A stretch of DNA of 64,000 nt from a virus (IMGVR_UViG_3300028025_002046:30589-94588); one strand, 5' to 3'. Counted from the first letter of the stretch, positions 1 through 11,501 are shown. Translations and numbers: made by a program. Notes: generated by a model not told the origin, from the letters alone.

Positions 1-619
1 TTTCATTCTGACCATAAAAGAAAAGTTCACGAGCGTAGTAATATGCGTTTCTATCATCGTTTGGATCTTCTCTTACAGATAGTTCAAGAAGTGGTAGATA
101 TTGTGAGCGTGGCTTTGAATTGTCTGGGTGATGGTGGATTTCTAGGTCAATCCATTCCTGAACTTCTTGGAGTCTGTCAGTAGTGAGTACTTCGTGAACT
201 GGATGTTTCCAGCGGTATCCATGACGAGCATGAATCTTGTCTCCACCATACTCTAGACCAGGTGTGCCATCTTTATTCCATGACCAAGTATATTTATAAC
301 GAGGACGAGTTGTCTCTGACTTGATGCCCTCAAGTTTTTCACGCCATCCTGGAACCAGAACTTCGTCCATGTCAAGAGAGATGCAGATATCGATATCCTT
401 TGGTAGGGCTGCTAGTGATGCGTTACGAGCATCATCAAATCTCCAAGGGCTAATTGAAATTGTAAATACGTCAATGCCTAAGTCCTGAGCAATCTGAACG
501 GTATTATCAGTAGAACCAGTATCAGCAATAAGTAAATAATCTGCATCCATGGCAGACTTATACCATGATTCTACAAACTGTTCTTCATTAAGTGCGATTG
601 TATAGACCGCAATTTTCAT
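1..619 (-). CDS. Glycosyltransferase family 2 protein (runs off window start)
   Basis: Manual translation MKIAVYTIALNEEQFV...LIADTGSTD...WRFDDARN...ISLDMDE (GT-A DxD); not in ORF track because truncated. Confidence 0.85.
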   Translation of the reverse strand, partial: MKIAVYTIALNEEQFVESWYKSAMDADYLLIADTGSTDNTVQIAQDLGIDVFTISISPWRFDDARNASLAALPKDIDICISLDMDEVLVPGWREKLEGIKSETTRPRYKYTWSWNKDGTPGLEYGGDKIHARHGYRWKHPVHEVLTTDRLQEVQEWIDLEIHHHPDNSKPRSQYLPLLELSVREDPNDDRNAYYYARELFFYGQNE

Positions 620-626
620 GTCTCTC

Positions 627-3600
627 CTACTTGTTTTCTAGAGCTTCTAGTCTAGCATAAAGTTCTGAGATTTGTCCAGCCTGGTGTCTGACTACCTGCT
701 GAAGTGCTGATACATAAAATTCGTAGTTAATTGTTTCTGGAGTTACGCCATCTTCTCCATATGAAATGTAAGCGTGTAGTCCAGCATCTTCAAGGTCTTC
801 TACAATAAATCCAGCATGTTTAGGATTTGTGTCTGGCTCTGGATTGTATAGATACTCTACAGGCTCAATAGAAAGAATTTGTTCTGCTGTGTAGGATAGT
901 GGCTCAATTGCTTTCTTCATTGAGCGGCTAGACGCAACATAGCCAAGTGTATCTGGAGCGGTTGCAGATGTTACATATACTGCACGGTATGAAGATGAAA
1001 GTGTATTTCCATAAACACCAGAAGCACCGACAGTTCCAGATGGAGTAATTCCAAGACGAGAAGAGCCCTGATATCTAAAGTATGATCCAGCTGTATTGGC
1101 TCCGATCAGAAGGTCTGTGGTATTTCCAGTGGTTCCAATAACTGTTGCTTTATTATCAACGTTATTAATTCTAAGAGTTGTTCCGTCGTAGGACATGGCA
1201 GTTAGACCGTTTACATATAGTGTGCCTGAAGTATAAATGTTTGACGATACCCTCAGAACTTCTCCAACGCTCACACCGCCAGTTACAACCAGGGCTCCAG
1301 TTCCGATAGCAGATGCCCCAGTTGCATTTGTGACCGATGTTACACCTGTGACACCCAAAGTTCCTGCAATTGAGGTATTTCCAGATGCAGCGGTAACTAC
1401 AAACTTATTTGTATTAACCTTTAAGTCAGAAGTTACGCCAAGAGTTCCAGCAATACTTGTATTTCCAGTTGTATCAGCTACTGAGAATGCTGTTGAGTCA
1501 ACAGAGAATCCTCCGTTCAAAGATACTGCACCTGTGAATGTTTTTGCACCAGCAAAAGTTTGAGTTCCAGTTGTTACTGCACCAGACAAGGTATCACTAG
1601 CATCTGTAATTCCAATTGTTTGAGCACCTGTAGGTCCTGTTACAGTAATTGGTGCTGTTGCACTTGCAATACCTGCAGGTCCCTGTGGACCTGTATCTCC
1701 AGTTGCTCCGTCTAAGCCATTGTCTCCTGGGTCACCCTTTGGACCTGTAATGCCTTGAGGTCCTGTAATGCCTTGAGGTCCTGTGGGTCCCTCTGGTCCT
1801 GTAATACCTTGCGGTCCTGTAGGACCCTGTGCTCCAGTTGGTCCTTGAGGACCTGTAGCACCATCTGCACCGTTAGTTCCATTGGTTCCGTTTGTTCCGT
1901 TAGCCCCTGTAGGTCCTTGTGGACCAGTTGGACCCTGGCTACCTGCAGGTCCTGTCGGTCCAGTAGCTCCATCGGAACCATTAGTTCCATTCGTACCATT
2001 AGTTCCAGCAGGTCCAGTTGGACCAGTAGCACCATTTGAGCCAGAGGCTCCTGTCGGTCCTGTTGGACCTTGAGAACCATTACTTCCTGCAGGACCAGTT
2101 GGTCCAGTAGCACCTGTAGTTCCAGTTGGACCTGTTGGTCCACTTTGAGGTGACACAAATTCATAGAGACCAGACGTTGCGTTCCAAGATAGAACATATC
2201 CATCTTGCTTTCCAGTCATTGTAACATCGTGGATTTCATAGAGCTCAAATCCGTTTTGAATGTTAACAAAGATCTCACCATTGTTGCTCTGCACACGAGT
2301 AACAACACCAATAAACACTAAGTGTGCTGGAGCTACTGGCTTATTTGTCAAACCATAAATAAGATTTCCGCTTGTACCTAGCCATACTGGGTCTCCAGCG
2401 GCAGCGGTAGATGTGTTCAGACCAGCAAGCAAACCTTCTGTAACAACCTTAACAATATCGTTGGTTGCTCCACCAGTTTCAAGAAGACCTAGGGTCTTTG
2501 AAGATGTTCCTTCTGTAGCATTAGATGCTTTAGAAACAATCATGTTGGTTCCGTTTGCAGATGAAACATATACCGCTTGTCCCTTTGCAATTGCTTCACC
2601 GAGCTTTACCTCATGCTTTACTTGTGTTGCATAGTTATCAATCCAGGTGGTGTTGTAGTCTGTTCCATCTACCTTGGATAAAATCTGTCCTGCTGTACCG
2701 CCAGATGCTACACCAGCACCAGTAGCTCCTGTTGGACCTGTAGCACCAGGTAGACCAGTTCCAGTTGTCATTAATGCTGCTGAGAAGAATGTTCCCTGAC
2801 CGCTAGAGCTTCCGCCCCATCGAAGAGTCTGAGATGTAGTATTTCCTGTGTAGGCAGTGAAATCTACATAGTCTGTGGATCCGTTTAGATATACCAGCTT
2901 AGTAGAGTTTTGGAAAAGTCCTTCATTAGTATTGGTTGGACTTTGGCTGATGGATACGGTGTTGCCATTTTTACGGATTTGGATATTGGTCTGGTTATTA
3001 GAAACTGCAGCGGTAGACCACCAAACTTGAAAAGTAATATTATAGTATCCAGCAATAGTTGGCAAGAACTTTTTGTCGGTAGGGTTCCACCAGCTGTTTG
3101 GATCAAAGTCATCCACGAAAGGAATTACCGTGTCAGTGTTTGCAGTTACAGTAAGGTCTCCTGTTAAACGACCTTGCGAAACAGCATCAGTAGCAGAAAT
3201 ATTTGCAGACGGTCCTGTTGGACCTGTAGCACCTGTAGGTCCAGTAGCTCCTGTAGGTCCTGCAACTGTAGATGCCGCACCTGTGGCTCCTGTAGGTCCT
3301 GTTGGACCAGTATCCCCTATAGAGCCTTGAGCACCTGTAGGTCCAGTTACTCCATCATTTCCAGCAACTCCTTGAGGACCAGTAGGACCCTCGTTTCCTT
3401 GGTCGCCTTGAGGACCTGTTGGTCCCTGTGGTCCAGTATCGCCTTGCGGTCCTGTAGGACCTAAATCTCCTTGTGGACCTGTCGGTCCTGTGTCTCCTTG
3501 TGAACCTGTAGGACCAGTCTCACCCTGGGGACCTGTTGGTCCTTCGTTTCCTTGTGGTCCTGTAGCTCCATCGTTACCCTGGACTCCCTGATCGCCTTGC

Positions 3601-4496
3601 GGTCCTGTAGGACCAGTATCCCCAGTAGCACCTGTTGGTCCTATTGGACCAGTATCTCCTGTTAAACCTGTACTTCCTTGAATACCTTCTGGACCTTGTG
3701 CTCCAGTTGGTCCAGTTGCACCAGCATTTCCTTGTGGACCTGTAGGTCCAGTATCACCAGTAGGTCCAGCATCTCCTTGTGGTCCTGTCGGACCTGGCAC
3801 GGTAGAGTCAGCACCAGTTGGACCAGTAGGACCTTGAGGACCTACAATCTGACCTACATCAGTCCAAGATGAGCCATCCCAGACATATAGATTTCCATCG
3901 GCATCAACAATGTATGCGTCTCCGCTTTCGTTTCCAGATGATGGAAGATTTCCTACTGTGGCTACTGAGCCTTTAAAGTTAATTGATGTACCCTGCGGTC
4001 CTGTAGGACCCTGAGAACCTGTTGGTCCAATATCTCCCTGCGGACCTGTAGCCCCTGTAGCACCTACGTTTCCTTGAGGTCCAGTCGGACCCTGAGAACC
4101 TTGAGGACCTGTTGGTCCTGTTTCTCCAGCATTACCCTGGATACCTTGATTACCCTGAGCACCTGTAGCCCCTGTTGGACCAACACTTCCTTGTGATCCT
4201 GTAGGACCCTGAGATCCAGTAGGACCTTGAGCACCAGTAGCACCGTTAGCACCAGTAGCACCTGTTGCTCCAGTAGGACCAGTAACGGTACTTGCAGCTC
4301 CTGTTGGTCCTGTAGGACCAGTGGGTCCTGCTTCTCCAGGAAGACTAGCGTATGGAAGATCTGGATAAAGATTAACGCTGTCACCAAACTTAAACAGATT
4401 TGTATCTGTCTCATATCCAATTTCACCTTCAGCGAGAATGTATGTAGACTCAGCCCATTCAGCTGCTAATCCTCTGCGGTGTTGAATAATTGCCAT
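627..4496 (-). CDS. Collagen-like tail fibre with Mtd/hyaluronidase-type N-terminus, internal C1q-like domain and C-terminal intramolecular chaperone (peptidase S74)
   Basis: IQHRRG..AEW...[18 protein letters not shown]-terminus; long G-P-T/G-A-T triplet runs; [12 protein letters not shown]...GFIVEDL...coiled-coil C-terminus. Confidence 0.85.
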   Translation of the reverse strand: MAIIQHRRGLAAEWAESTYILAEGEIGYETDTNLFKFGDSVNLYPDLPYASLPGEAGPTGPTGPTGAASTVTGPTGATGATGANGATGAQGPTGSQGPTGSQGSVGPTGATGAQGNQGIQGNAGETGPTGPQGSQGPTGPQGNVGATGATGPQGDIGPTGSQGPTGPQGTSINFKGSVATVGNLPSSGNESGDAYIVDADGNLYVWDGSSWTDVGQIVGPQGPTGPTGADSTVPGPTGPQGDAGPTGDTGPTGPQGNAGATGPTGAQGPEGIQGSTGLTGDTGPIGPTGATGDTGPTGPQGDQGVQGNDGATGPQGNEGPTGPQGETGPTGSQGDTGPTGPQGDLGPTGPQGDTGPQGPTGPQGDQGNEGPTGPQGVAGNDGVTGPTGAQGSIGDTGPTGPTGATGAASTVAGPTGATGPTGATGPTGPSANISATDAVSQGRLTGDLTVTANTDTVIPFVDDFDPNSWWNPTDKKFLPTIAGYYNITFQVWWSTAAVSNNQTNIQIRKNGNTVSISQSPTNTNEGLFQNSTKLVYLNGSTDYVDFTAYTGNTTSQTLRWGGSSSGQGTFFSAALMTTGTGLPGATGPTGATGAGVASGGTAGQILSKVDGTDYNTTWIDNYATQVKHEVKLGEAIAKGQAVYVSSANGTNMIVSKASNATEGTSSKTLGLLETGGATNDIVKVVTEGLLAGLNTSTAAAGDPVWLGTSGNLIYGLTNKPVAPAHLVFIGVVTRVQSNNGEIFVNIQNGFELYEIHDVTMTGKQDGYVLSWNATSGLYEFVSPQSGPTGPTGTTGATGPTGPAGSNGSQGPTGPTGASGSNGATGPTGPAGTNGTNGTNGSDGATGPTGPAGSQGPTGPQGPTGANGTNGTNGTNGADGATGPQGPTGAQGPTGPQGITGPEGPTGPQGITGPQGITGPKGDPGDNGLDGATGDTGPQGPAGIASATAPITVTGPTGAQTIGITDASDTLSGAVTTGTQTFAGAKTFTGAVSLNGGFSVDSTAFSVADTTGNTSIAGTLGVTSDLKVNTNKFVVTAASGNTSIAGTLGVTGVTSVTNATGASAIGTGALVVTGGVSVGEVLRVSSNIYTSGTLYVNGLTAMSYDGTTLRINNVDNKATVIGTTGNTTDLLIGANTAGSYFRYQGSSRLGITPSGTVGASGVYGNTLSSSYRAVYVTSATAPDTLGYVASSRSMKKAIEPLSYTAEQILSIEPVEYLYNPEPDTNPKHAGFIVEDLEDAGLHAYISYGEDGVTPETINYEFYVSALQQVVRHQAGQISELYARLEALENK

Positions 4497-5635
4497 TAAG
4501 GTGTTCCTCCATCGATTATCCCATCAATCCTGATGTAGATAAGGTCAAGAATGTCTTCCAGAGCGGCTTCGTCTAAAGATACATCCTTGCTAGTATCATT
4601 ATACACTATCGGACTTGTTGCTGTTAGTATTCCAGAAGATCCAGTAGGACCTGTAGCCCCTGCACTACCTGTAGGACCAGTTGCTCCTCTTGCTCCTGCT
4701 GGTCCTGTATCTCCACGTGGTCCTGTTACACCAGTAGCACCAACTTCACCACGAAGACCCTGGATACCCTGCTCACCTTGGTCTCCTTGTGGTCCTGTAG
4801 GACCTGTTGGTCCTGGGACTGTGCTTGCAGCACCAGTTACACCTCTTGGACCTGTTGGTCCTTGTGGACCTGTCGGACCAGTTGCCCCAAGCTCTCCATT
4901 TAATCCTTGTGGTCCTTGAGGTCCATCATCGCCTTGCGGTCCTTGTGGTCCTGTATCTCCTTGCGGTCCAGGAACTGTGCTATCCAAACCTCTGGGTCCT
5001 GTCGAACCAGTAGGACCAGTTGCTCCGTTAGCCCCTGTGTCGCCCTTAAATCCTTGAGCACCTTGTTCGCCTTGAATACCTCTTGGACCAGTTGGTCCAG
5101 TAGTTCCTTGTGGTCCTTGAGGACCAGTAGCACCTGCTAAACCCCTAGGACCTAAATCTCCTTGAGGACCTTTTAGTCCTTGTGGTCCTGTATCTCCCTT
5201 TGGTCCTTGAACACCTTGCTGACCTGCTGGACCTGTAGGTCCGATAGAACCAACATTTCCTTCGGGACCCTGGAGTCCCTGTGGACCAGCATCTCCCTTG
5301 TCACCCTTGGGTCCTGTAGGACCAGTATCTCCGTCAGAGCCTGTTTCTCCTTGAGGTCCTGCGTCACCCTTATCTCCCTTTAATCCTTTTTCTCCAGTTA
5401 AGCCTCTAGGTCCTGTGCTTCCTGTTGGTCCCTGAATACCCTGAATACCCTGCTGACCTTGCGGTCCTGTGGGTCCAGTATTGCCAGGTATTCCTTGAGG
5501 ACCTTGAGGACCAGTAGATCCAATAGTAGATATATCACCAGTAAACGGAGCAATTCTAATTACACTTTGTGTAGGCTCAACGCTAACTATTTTTACAATT
5601 ATGTCTGGCTGTTCGGGATCGATGTAATTTGTCAT
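4496..5635 (-). CDS. Collagen triple-helix repeat protein (fibre)
   Basis: Long uninterrupted Gly-X-Y run; ends IDGGTP, typical of fibre proteins. Confidence 0.85.
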   Translation of the reverse strand: MTNYIDPEQPDIIVKIVSVEPTQSVIRIAPFTGDISTIGSTGPQGPQGIPGNTGPTGPQGQQGIQGIQGPTGSTGPRGLTGEKGLKGDKGDAGPQGETGSDGDTGPTGPKGDKGDAGPQGLQGPEGNVGSIGPTGPAGQQGVQGPKGDTGPQGLKGPQGDLGPRGLAGATGPQGPQGTTGPTGPRGIQGEQGAQGFKGDTGANGATGPTGSTGPRGLDSTVPGPQGDTGPQGPQGDDGPQGPQGLNGELGATGPTGPQGPTGPRGVTGAASTVPGPTGPTGPQGDQGEQGIQGLRGEVGATGVTGPRGDTGPAGARGATGPTGSAGATGPTGSSGILTATSPIVYNDTSKDVSLDEAALEDILDLIYIRIDGIIDGGTP

Positions 5636-5646
5636 CTAACCCACCA

Positions 5647-7026
5647 CTAATCAGTGAGCCTTAGCCCAGAAAGAATCCACTTATCGGTATCGACCTTGAG
5701 AAGAGTTGCTGTTGAGTTAATTGGCACAATGAATGGAGACTGGTTTAAAGCTGAGTATCCTCCAGACCCCTCGCCAAAAACGTTAGTTGTTTGACCGTCT
5801 GCAACAAAAATATGCCAAGAACTCTCATCGCTAGTAGCAAATTTGATTTCAGAGCCGATTGGGAAAGCAACGGATGCATTAGTTGGAACAGTAAACTCTG
5901 ATGCAGTTTCAGTCAGGTTTGCATAAAGAAGTTTTCCAATGTGGGAAAGTGCTCCAGTTAGGGGGCTTCCATCACTTGCAAGCACTCTTGCGTGGGAACC
6001 CTTGCTGGTATTAACGTAGCCAATAGTTGCAATTTGGTTTTCTGGGTTACTTGAATCTCCTAGATATTCTCCACCGTTGTAAGAACTAATAATTACATCG
6101 TGATCACTTGACTGAAGGTACAGATCACTTTGATTGTTAAGAATTCCTGTAACAAATAGACCACCCATTGCAGGACCAAGTAAGTATCCGTTTGAGTTAA
6201 AGTTCCAATAATTGTTCCAGAATGGCTCATAAGTAAAAACATATGAGGCTCCTGCTGTAAAGACTGCTCCTGATGCTGTAACACTTGTCAATCCCTCTGA
6301 TGGGGAATTACTGTTTACAGAATCAACAGTGTAATCAGTTCCGTCAACATTCACAACGTAGTCTGTGCTAATGTCTGATGCAGTGGTTGTGAGAAAGGTT
6401 GTAGAGCTTGTCAAATTGTCGTTTACATACGTATTTTCAATTCTTGTTGGTCTTGTAAAAATGCTAACGCTTCTTGCGTCATCTTCAATGTAGACATTGT
6501 TTCTTTCGCCACCAAGAATAAGGTCAGCGTTTGAATCATCTTGTGTTCCACCAGCACGAATGTGAATGTGGTTTGGATTGGTTGGGTCAATGATTAGGTA
6601 CTGGTCGTTAGCATACAAGTCTGCATCTGGCACTATCTCTATAGTGCTATTTGATTGACCGTCACCAGATGCTGTTCCAGCACCGATAATCTGAACACCG
6701 TCAAAAGTAATGTCTCCAGTAGTGCCTGACTCAATATCGCCAATAGTTGCTACCCTATTGCTGGAGTTAGGTGTCATTTCTGCATCTCCCCAGTTGATGA
6801 AAACATTTCCAGGTCCATCATCGCCAGGGTATAGGATAATGTCTCTAGCAGAACGAAGAGCAAGGTCGTCTTGAGGAGCAGTGATACGAGTAGTACCAGT
6901 TCCACTCTTAGTAATGCTTAGAAGAAGATTGTCGCTAGTATCATTTAGCTCAAAAGGAACTGTAGAACTTACACCTCCGCCAGTACCAGATGGACCAGGC
7001 ATTGGAACAATTTTAATAATTGGCAT
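5647..7026 (-). CDS. Putative tail/fibre-associated structural protein
   Basis: Beta-rich S/T/G/D composition; C-terminal TVPTNASVAFPIGSEI...ATLLKVDTDKWILSG fibre-tip-like motif; in operon with collagen genes. Confidence 0.6.
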   Translation of the reverse strand: MPIIKIVPMPGPSGTGGGVSSTVPFELNDTSDNLLLSITKSGTGTTRITAPQDDLALRSARDIILYPGDDGPGNVFINWGDAEMTPNSSNRVATIGDIESGTTGDITFDGVQIIGAGTASGDGQSNSTIEIVPDADLYANDQYLIIDPTNPNHIHIRAGGTQDDSNADLILGGERNNVYIEDDARSVSIFTRPTRIENTYVNDNLTSSTTFLTTTASDISTDYVVNVDGTDYTVDSVNSNSPSEGLTSVTASGAVFTAGASYVFTYEPFWNNYWNFNSNGYLLGPAMGGLFVTGILNNQSDLYLQSSDHDVIISSYNGGEYLGDSSNPENQIATIGYVNTSKGSHARVLASDGSPLTGALSHIGKLLYANLTETASEFTVPTNASVAFPIGSEIKFATSDESSWHIFVADGQTTNVFGEGSGGYSALNQSPFIVPINSTATLLKVDTDKWILSGLRLTD

Positions 7027-7433
7027 TATGGACCACCTACTGGAGTAACGTCAGATAGAACTACGATAGTTCCAATAATTGGTGTCCAAATGGTATTCTC
7101 GTCGATAGTTACTTGAAGGTCGAAAGATAGTTCGGCGGCGACAGCATTGTAGCCAGTTCCCCAAGTAGAAGTAATTTCTGGAGTAGCTACGATATCTACA
7201 TAGCCAACTCCTGGTGTAACTACGAGTTCATCAAGAACTTCGCCTTTTGCATTATAGGCACTTGACAAATACGTCCAAGCAGATGTATCATACTTAGTAG
7301 TTTCATCGTTTTGCCAAAACTCAACACGGAGTCCAGCGGTATCACCACGGACAATCTTCCATTTAACTGGAACTGGTTCTGCACCAAAGGATTCGGGGAT
7401 AGTAGGAATGGTCATAGTAGTATAATTATACAC
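7026..7433 (-). CDS. Hypothetical virion protein (BppU-N-like fold possible)
   Basis: IVRGDT...FDLQV..WTPIIGTIVV pattern; first gene of fibre operon. Confidence 0.5.
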   Translation of the reverse strand: MYNYTTMTIPTIPESFGAEPVPVKWKIVRGDTAGLRVEFWQNDETTKYDTSAWTYLSSAYNAKGEVLDELVVTPGVGYVDIVATPEITSTWGTGYNAVAAELSFDLQVTIDENTIWTPIIGTIVVLSDVTPVGGP

Positions 7434-7521
7434 TAATTGTTTAAATTAAAAAGCCAGTATCCAAGGTGGTGGGTATGAGAGAGACGACCCTGGATACTGA
7501 CAAATATAGTATAACATAACC

Positions 7522-7542
7522 TGTGGATAAGTCTGTGGATAA
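7522..7542 (-). promoter_or_regulatory. Tandem perfect DnaA boxes (TGTGGATAA at 7522 and 7534)
   Basis: Exact reverse complement of TTATCCACA twice, 12-bp period, in AT-rich divergent intergenic region. Confidence 0.75.
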
Positions 7543-7695
7543 CTTTATTTTTATTTTTTATTTGACAAAACACCAAAAGTGTGATACCCTCTAAATATTA
7601 GGATTTAGGGCTATTATTTATATACTATATAGTATTATAATAATAAATAACTAATAAGGGCTTGCATTTTATTTAATATATGGTATTATGTATAT

Positions 7696-8145
7696 ATGAA
7701 ACTATGTAAAGATTGTGGTGTGAATGAGAGATACTCTTCACAAAAAACTGGTAAAGTATATTCCTATTGCAAAGCATGTCAGGCTGTTCGTGTAACACAG
7801 CATCAGCGTACTGAAAAAGGTAAAGCCACTTTAAAAAGAAGTTTAAAGAGATATGCTAAAACTGAAAAGGGCAAGGCTGCAATAAGAAGAAGTAACAGAA
7901 ATCAGAATCGTAAGAAAAATGGGTTCACTCAAGAAATGTTTAATGATATGCTATTTAACCAGGATTTCAAGTGTGCACTTTGCTATGCTGAAATAAATAT
8001 TTCTTCTCATGCTGACCATGATCATAAAACTGGTAAGGCTAGGGCAATCCTATGTCATTCATGTAATACCCTTTTAGGAAGAATAGAGAACAAGGGTTTT
8101 GATTGGGTAGACAAAGCAAAACTGTACGTTGATAGTTTTAGATAG
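7696..8145 (+). CDS. Endonuclease VII-domain protein, probable free-standing homing endonuclease
   Basis: CxxC N-terminus; C-terminal CALC...HADHDHKTGKARAILCHSCNTLLG. Confidence 0.8.
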   Translation: MKLCKDCGVNERYSSQKTGKVYSYCKACQAVRVTQHQRTEKGKATLKRSLKRYAKTEKGKAAIRRSNRNQNRKKNGFTQEMFNDMLFNQDFKCALCYAEINISSHADHDHKTGKARAILCHSCNTLLGRIENKGFDWVDKAKLYVDSFR

Positions 8146-8150
8146 ATAAT

Positions 8151-8441
8151 TTACTTTCCAGAACGAGTAATATACTCTACAAAAAGTTTAGTTAAGTTCT
8201 CGATTTTTAAATCCAGCTTTTCGTGATATTCTTCACCTTTATGATTCTGAGATTTTAAATCTAAGATATCCTGTTCCATTCTGTTTACTTGATCTTTCAT
8301 TGATTGACCACCATTAGGTTTCATTTCATGCTTGATCTCTTCAAAATAGTGTTTGGTTAACCATCTGACTCCTAGAGCCACTGATGTAATAATTGTAATA
8401 AGGCTAATAGTGATAGCTAAGATAGATTCTACTAATGTCAT
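8151..8441 (-). CDS. Single-TM coiled-coil membrane protein
   Basis: N-terminal hydrophobic helix, then PNGGQSMKDQVNR coiled coil. Confidence 0.6.
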   Translation of the reverse strand: MTLVESILAITISLITIITSVALGVRWLTKHYFEEIKHEMKPNGGQSMKDQVNRMEQDILDLKSQNHKGEEYHEKLDLKIENLTKLFVEYITRSGK

Positions 8442-8694
8442 AACATTTATAATTATATATGATATTTTAAAATCGGCGGTAAAAAGTTCGACGAAAAAGT
8501 TCGCTTTTTAGCACGGCGGCGATAATAGAGAACCCCACATCCAATATGCATTTCCAATGCCGCTGGATGAAATAAAAAACATAGCCCAGGAAGCCCCAGA
8601 ATGCCCCTAGAATCGATTGAGATGGTATCCGACGAACTCTACTATGGTCTAAAATGAACAACCCTTATTTTATAAGGATATGGTAGAATAAAAT

Positions 8695-8901
8695 ATGAAA
8701 GAAAACGGAGATGTTGAGTTCCTGGATCTATTCGATCCGTCTCAACCTAGATCAGATAAAGAGCTTATCGAAGAAAGACTCGCTATCTGCAATCAATGTC
8801 CATGGCTTCAGAAGAATTTGATGAAATGTAGACAATGTGGTTGTTATATGAAGCTAAAATCTACTTTGCGTCAAGCTAAGTGTCCTCTAGGACATTGGTA
8901 A
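8695..8901 (+). CDS. Small Cys-rich (Zn-binding) protein
   Basis: RLAICNQCP...CRQCGC..KLK.....CPLGHW. Confidence 0.65.
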   Translation: MKENGDVEFLDLFDPSQPRSDKELIEERLAICNQCPWLQKNLMKCRQCGCYMKLKSTLRQAKCPLGHW

Positions 8902-8994
8902 GATACTTTTGCTTCAATCAAGACAGGCTTTGCCTGTTGTATACCGTTCGATTTTATGTTATACTATAGTTCTACATATTTAGGAGAGAAATAT

Positions 8995-9171
8995 ATGTCA
9001 TTTTACGACGAAAGAGCATATCAGAACAAAGATATCCTCGAAAAGATGTTCCTACAGGGACTTTCATCCAAACAAATTGCAAAACAGTTGCATATTTCGT
9101 ATAAATTAGTCAATCTCTGGCTTGTTAAGCATAATTTAGTCACTCGTAACTCAGAAATGAGTTTTCCATAA
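8995..9171 (+). CDS. Small HTH DNA-binding protein
   Basis: GGAG RBS before ATG 8995; LSSKQIAKQLHISYKLVNLWL HTH pattern. Confidence 0.6.
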   Translation: MSFYDERAYQNKDILEKMFLQGLSSKQIAKQLHISYKLVNLWLVKHNLVTRNSEMSFP

Positions 9172-9521
9172 TGCTTAAAAAGATTGGTTGGCTTATTTTG
9201 TTATCTTTATGCTTATTTAGCTTTCAAGCACTGTTCTTTGCTGTCATTTCTACGTTATTTCTGTAATACCTGGCAAAATAGCAAATCTGAAAAAATTTTT
9301 ATTTTCCATATTGGAGAAAATCTGAATATTTTGAATAAGTGTATGATACATACCCTAGGGTAGTGCTACCAGGGTTTCGTAGTGAGCACACATCCCCCTA
9401 CTACCAGCTAAATACAGAGCTTCGATCTGTTATCAATTCGTTACACAAATAAGCGTGTTTGTGCTTGCTAAATGTCTGCCTACTACCCTATAATTAATAC
9501 ATAAAGAGAAAAGGAAAACAA

Positions 9522-9695
9522 ATGACTAAGGTTCTATCGGTTCTATCACTAATCGCTCACGCAGTAGCATTTCTAGTTGCTGTCTATGTAATGGTTCTAG
9601 ACAAAGAAGGTAACTATGGTTATCTACTTGTTTTGGCAACCTTCGTTACCCTGCCAGTAACCATAATTCTAGTAGCAAACAAACTAAGCAAGTAA
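9522..9695 (+). CDS. 57-aa two-TM membrane protein
   Basis: AAGGA RBS; MTKVLSVLSLIAHAVAFLVAVYVMVL...YLLVLATFVTLPVTIILVANKLSK. Confidence 0.65.
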   Translation: MTKVLSVLSLIAHAVAFLVAVYVMVLDKEGNYGYLLVLATFVTLPVTIILVANKLSK

Positions 9696-9705
9696 AGGAA
9701 AACAA

Positions 9706-9831
9706 ATGAGCAATTTCAAACTATACCTATACACCGTTGATGGCGATGCCGTTACCTCAATGATTCACGTTGATGATGTTGAAGAATTCTTGCTTGAACA
9801 TCCTGATGCCGTGCTAACTAACCGTAGATAG
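9706..9831 (+). CDS. 41-aa acidic microprotein (paralog of 10906-11043)
   Basis: AAGGA RBS; YTVDGDAV...EEFLLEHPDAV. Confidence 0.7.
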   Translation: MSNFKLYLYTVDGDAVTSMIHVDDVEEFLLEHPDAVLTNRR

Positions 9832-9861
9832 TTATCCACAGGATAGCAATAGTTATCCACA
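9832..9861 (+). promoter_or_regulatory. DnaA box pair (9832, 9853)
   Basis: TTATCCACA twice, 21-bp period. Confidence 0.75.
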
Positions 9862-9943
9862 GGCGGTACCCAAAAATAACGGTTTGGTAACGAAACGTGT
9901 TATGTGTCGTTATAATGTCTGCCTATGTGCTTATAATTGACCT

Positions 9944-10093
9944 ATGAACGAAATCAAATGTGTAGTATGTGAAGACAAAGCAACCGAACTAGCCCTTGAT
10001 GTTTGGGGAGCAGACTTAGAGATTTGCGACAAGCAAGAGTGCTATGACGAAATTGCTGATGGTGATTGGATACACACAAAGCCACTGGCATAA
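9944..10093 (+). CDS. 49-aa Zn-finger-like microprotein, leaderless
   Basis: CVVC...CDKQEC; ATG 7 nt after TATAAT. Confidence 0.65.
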   Translation: MNEIKCVVCEDKATELALDVWGADLEICDKQECYDEIADGDWIHTKPLA

Positions 10094-10140
10094 TGTCTGC
10101 CCTATCAACTAAACTAATAACATCTAACAAAGGAAACTAA

Positions 10141-10263
10141 ATGGCTAACTACTCAGTATCAAGATTCAACGAACTAATGCGTATCGCTAAGAGTGATGAG
10201 TATATGAGTGAGAGTGAGTTCAATGAACTAATGGCTATCTTCAAGATTCGTGGGTATCACTAA
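10141..10263 (+). CDS. 40-aa microprotein (paralog of 12218-12340)
   Basis: MANYSVSRFNELMRIAKSDEYMSESEFNELMAIFKIRGYH; AAGGA RBS. Confidence 0.75.
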   Translation: MANYSVSRFNELMRIAKSDEYMSESEFNELMAIFKIRGYH

Positions 10264-10462
10264 TGGTTGAATGGATCATCTACCTATTTGGCTTATGGCT
10301 AATAGCGGTTATTCTTACTCAGTAAACTAATCGGCGTGTCGTCTTGACAAATGCCCCCGAAAGGGGGTACCAAAAATAACGGTTTGATAACGACACTACG
10401 ATATGACTTGCATAATGTCTGACCCTGTGCTTATAATTGAGGTATAAAGAAAGAGGTTCCAA

Positions 10463-10744
10463 ATGACTTACTACAACTACCGCCAAAACAACTCGGGTGG
10501 CTCGTTCTCTGACCCTGCCCTAAATGTTGTCGTCAAGGCAAATAGCCCTGCTGAGGCAGATGCGATTGCCATCACTAAGGGTATCTACTTTGACCCTGAG
10601 TTTGAGATTGATTGCGATTGCTGTGGTAACCGCTGGTATCCTGCTACTGAATACACTGCCTCAGATACCATTCCTGCTGTATCAGATTGGGATTGCCAAT
10701 GGGCTATCTCTGATGGTGTGTTTGCTCAGATAGTTGTTGAGTAG
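10463..10744 (+). CDS. Conserved phage hypothetical protein (QNNSGG motif family)
   Basis: YRQNNSGGSF...VKANSPAEA...GIYFD....DCDCCGNRW. Confidence 0.75.
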   Translation: MTYYNYRQNNSGGSFSDPALNVVVKANSPAEADAIAITKGIYFDPEFEIDCDCCGNRWYPATEYTASDTIPAVSDWDCQWAISDGVFAQIVVE

Positions 10745-10905
10745 GGGAAACCCTACTTGATACACACCTAAAAATGTGGGTACCCAAAAATAACGGTTTG
10801 ATAACGAAGCTTAATAAATGTGTAAAATACGGCGTGTCGCTACCTAAAATGTCATACCCCCTTGCTATGCTTACAGGGTAAGCAAAAAAGAAAAGGAAAT
10901 TGAAA

Positions 10906-11043
10906 ATGAAAAACGAACTAAAGAAGTGGCAACTATTCGAATACACCATTGACGGAGATGCTGTCGTTTCGTCAATCTACTACCTAGACATTGCGGAATT
11001 CCTAAAGGAACACCCTGAAGCAGTGCCAACTAACCACCGCTAA
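10906..11043 (+). CDS. 45-aa microprotein (paralog of 9706-9831)
   Basis: YTIDGDAV...AEFLKEHPEAV. Confidence 0.7.
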   Translation: MKNELKKWQLFEYTIDGDAVVSSIYYLDIAEFLKEHPEAVPTNHR

Positions 11044-11160
11044 AAGAAAAGGAAATTGAAATTGATAACACTAACTTTTGAAACTTGGGAAGAATTTGAT
11101 AACGCTCTAAGCGGTATCACTAGCCTAGTAATCGCTACTAATCCAGACCCTACTAAATAG

Positions 11161-11192
11161 TTATCCACAACTACTTATCCACCTGTGGATAA
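11161..11192. promoter_or_regulatory. DnaA box cluster (11161 +, 11175 + with 1 mismatch, 11184 -)
   Basis: TTATCCACA, TTATCCACC, TGTGGATAA. Confidence 0.7.
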
Positions 11193-11321
11193 CTTTGGTA
11201 CCCAAAAATAACGTTTTGGTAACAAACTTAAAAAGACCTACGATTTACGGCGTGTCGTTCCCTAAAATGTCCTACCCCTATGCTATGCTGAAAGCATAAA
11301 GAAAAAGAAATGAGAAATCAA

Positions 11322-11456
11322 ATGGCAGTAACAATCAAACTAACCCCTAGCGAATCAAACCTATTCAACTGCGAAATCTGTGGCAACCCTGCCAACAAGA
11401 TGAAACTAATGAACAGCGGTTACTGCCAATACACTTGTGCCAGATGTGCCAAGTAA
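11322..11456 (+). CDS. 44-aa zinc-ribbon microprotein (paralog of 12839-12967)
   Basis: LTPSES..FNCEICGNPA...SGYCQYTCARC. Confidence 0.7.
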   Translation: MAVTIKLTPSESNLFNCEICGNPANKMKLMNSGYCQYTCARCAK

Positions 11457-11501
11457 AATGTCATAGCCTACTGATAAACTAAATATATAAACAAAAGGAA
11501 A

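Larger units (their letters stand above)
9865..11223 (+). repeat. Four copies of GGTACC(C)AAAAATAACGKTTTGRTAAC
   Basis: Copies start at 9865, 10366, 10779, 11197, each at a cassette junction. Confidence 0.85.

Noticed and set aside
1237-5650. Many alternative-frame and antisense ORFs over the collagen genes
   Set aside because: By-products of Gly-X-Y codon periodicity; no RBS or promoter support
7696-8145. Endonuclease VII protein as the cassette-mobilising enzyme
   Set aside because: Looks like an ordinary free-standing homing endonuclease; nothing links it to the junction motifs beyond proximity
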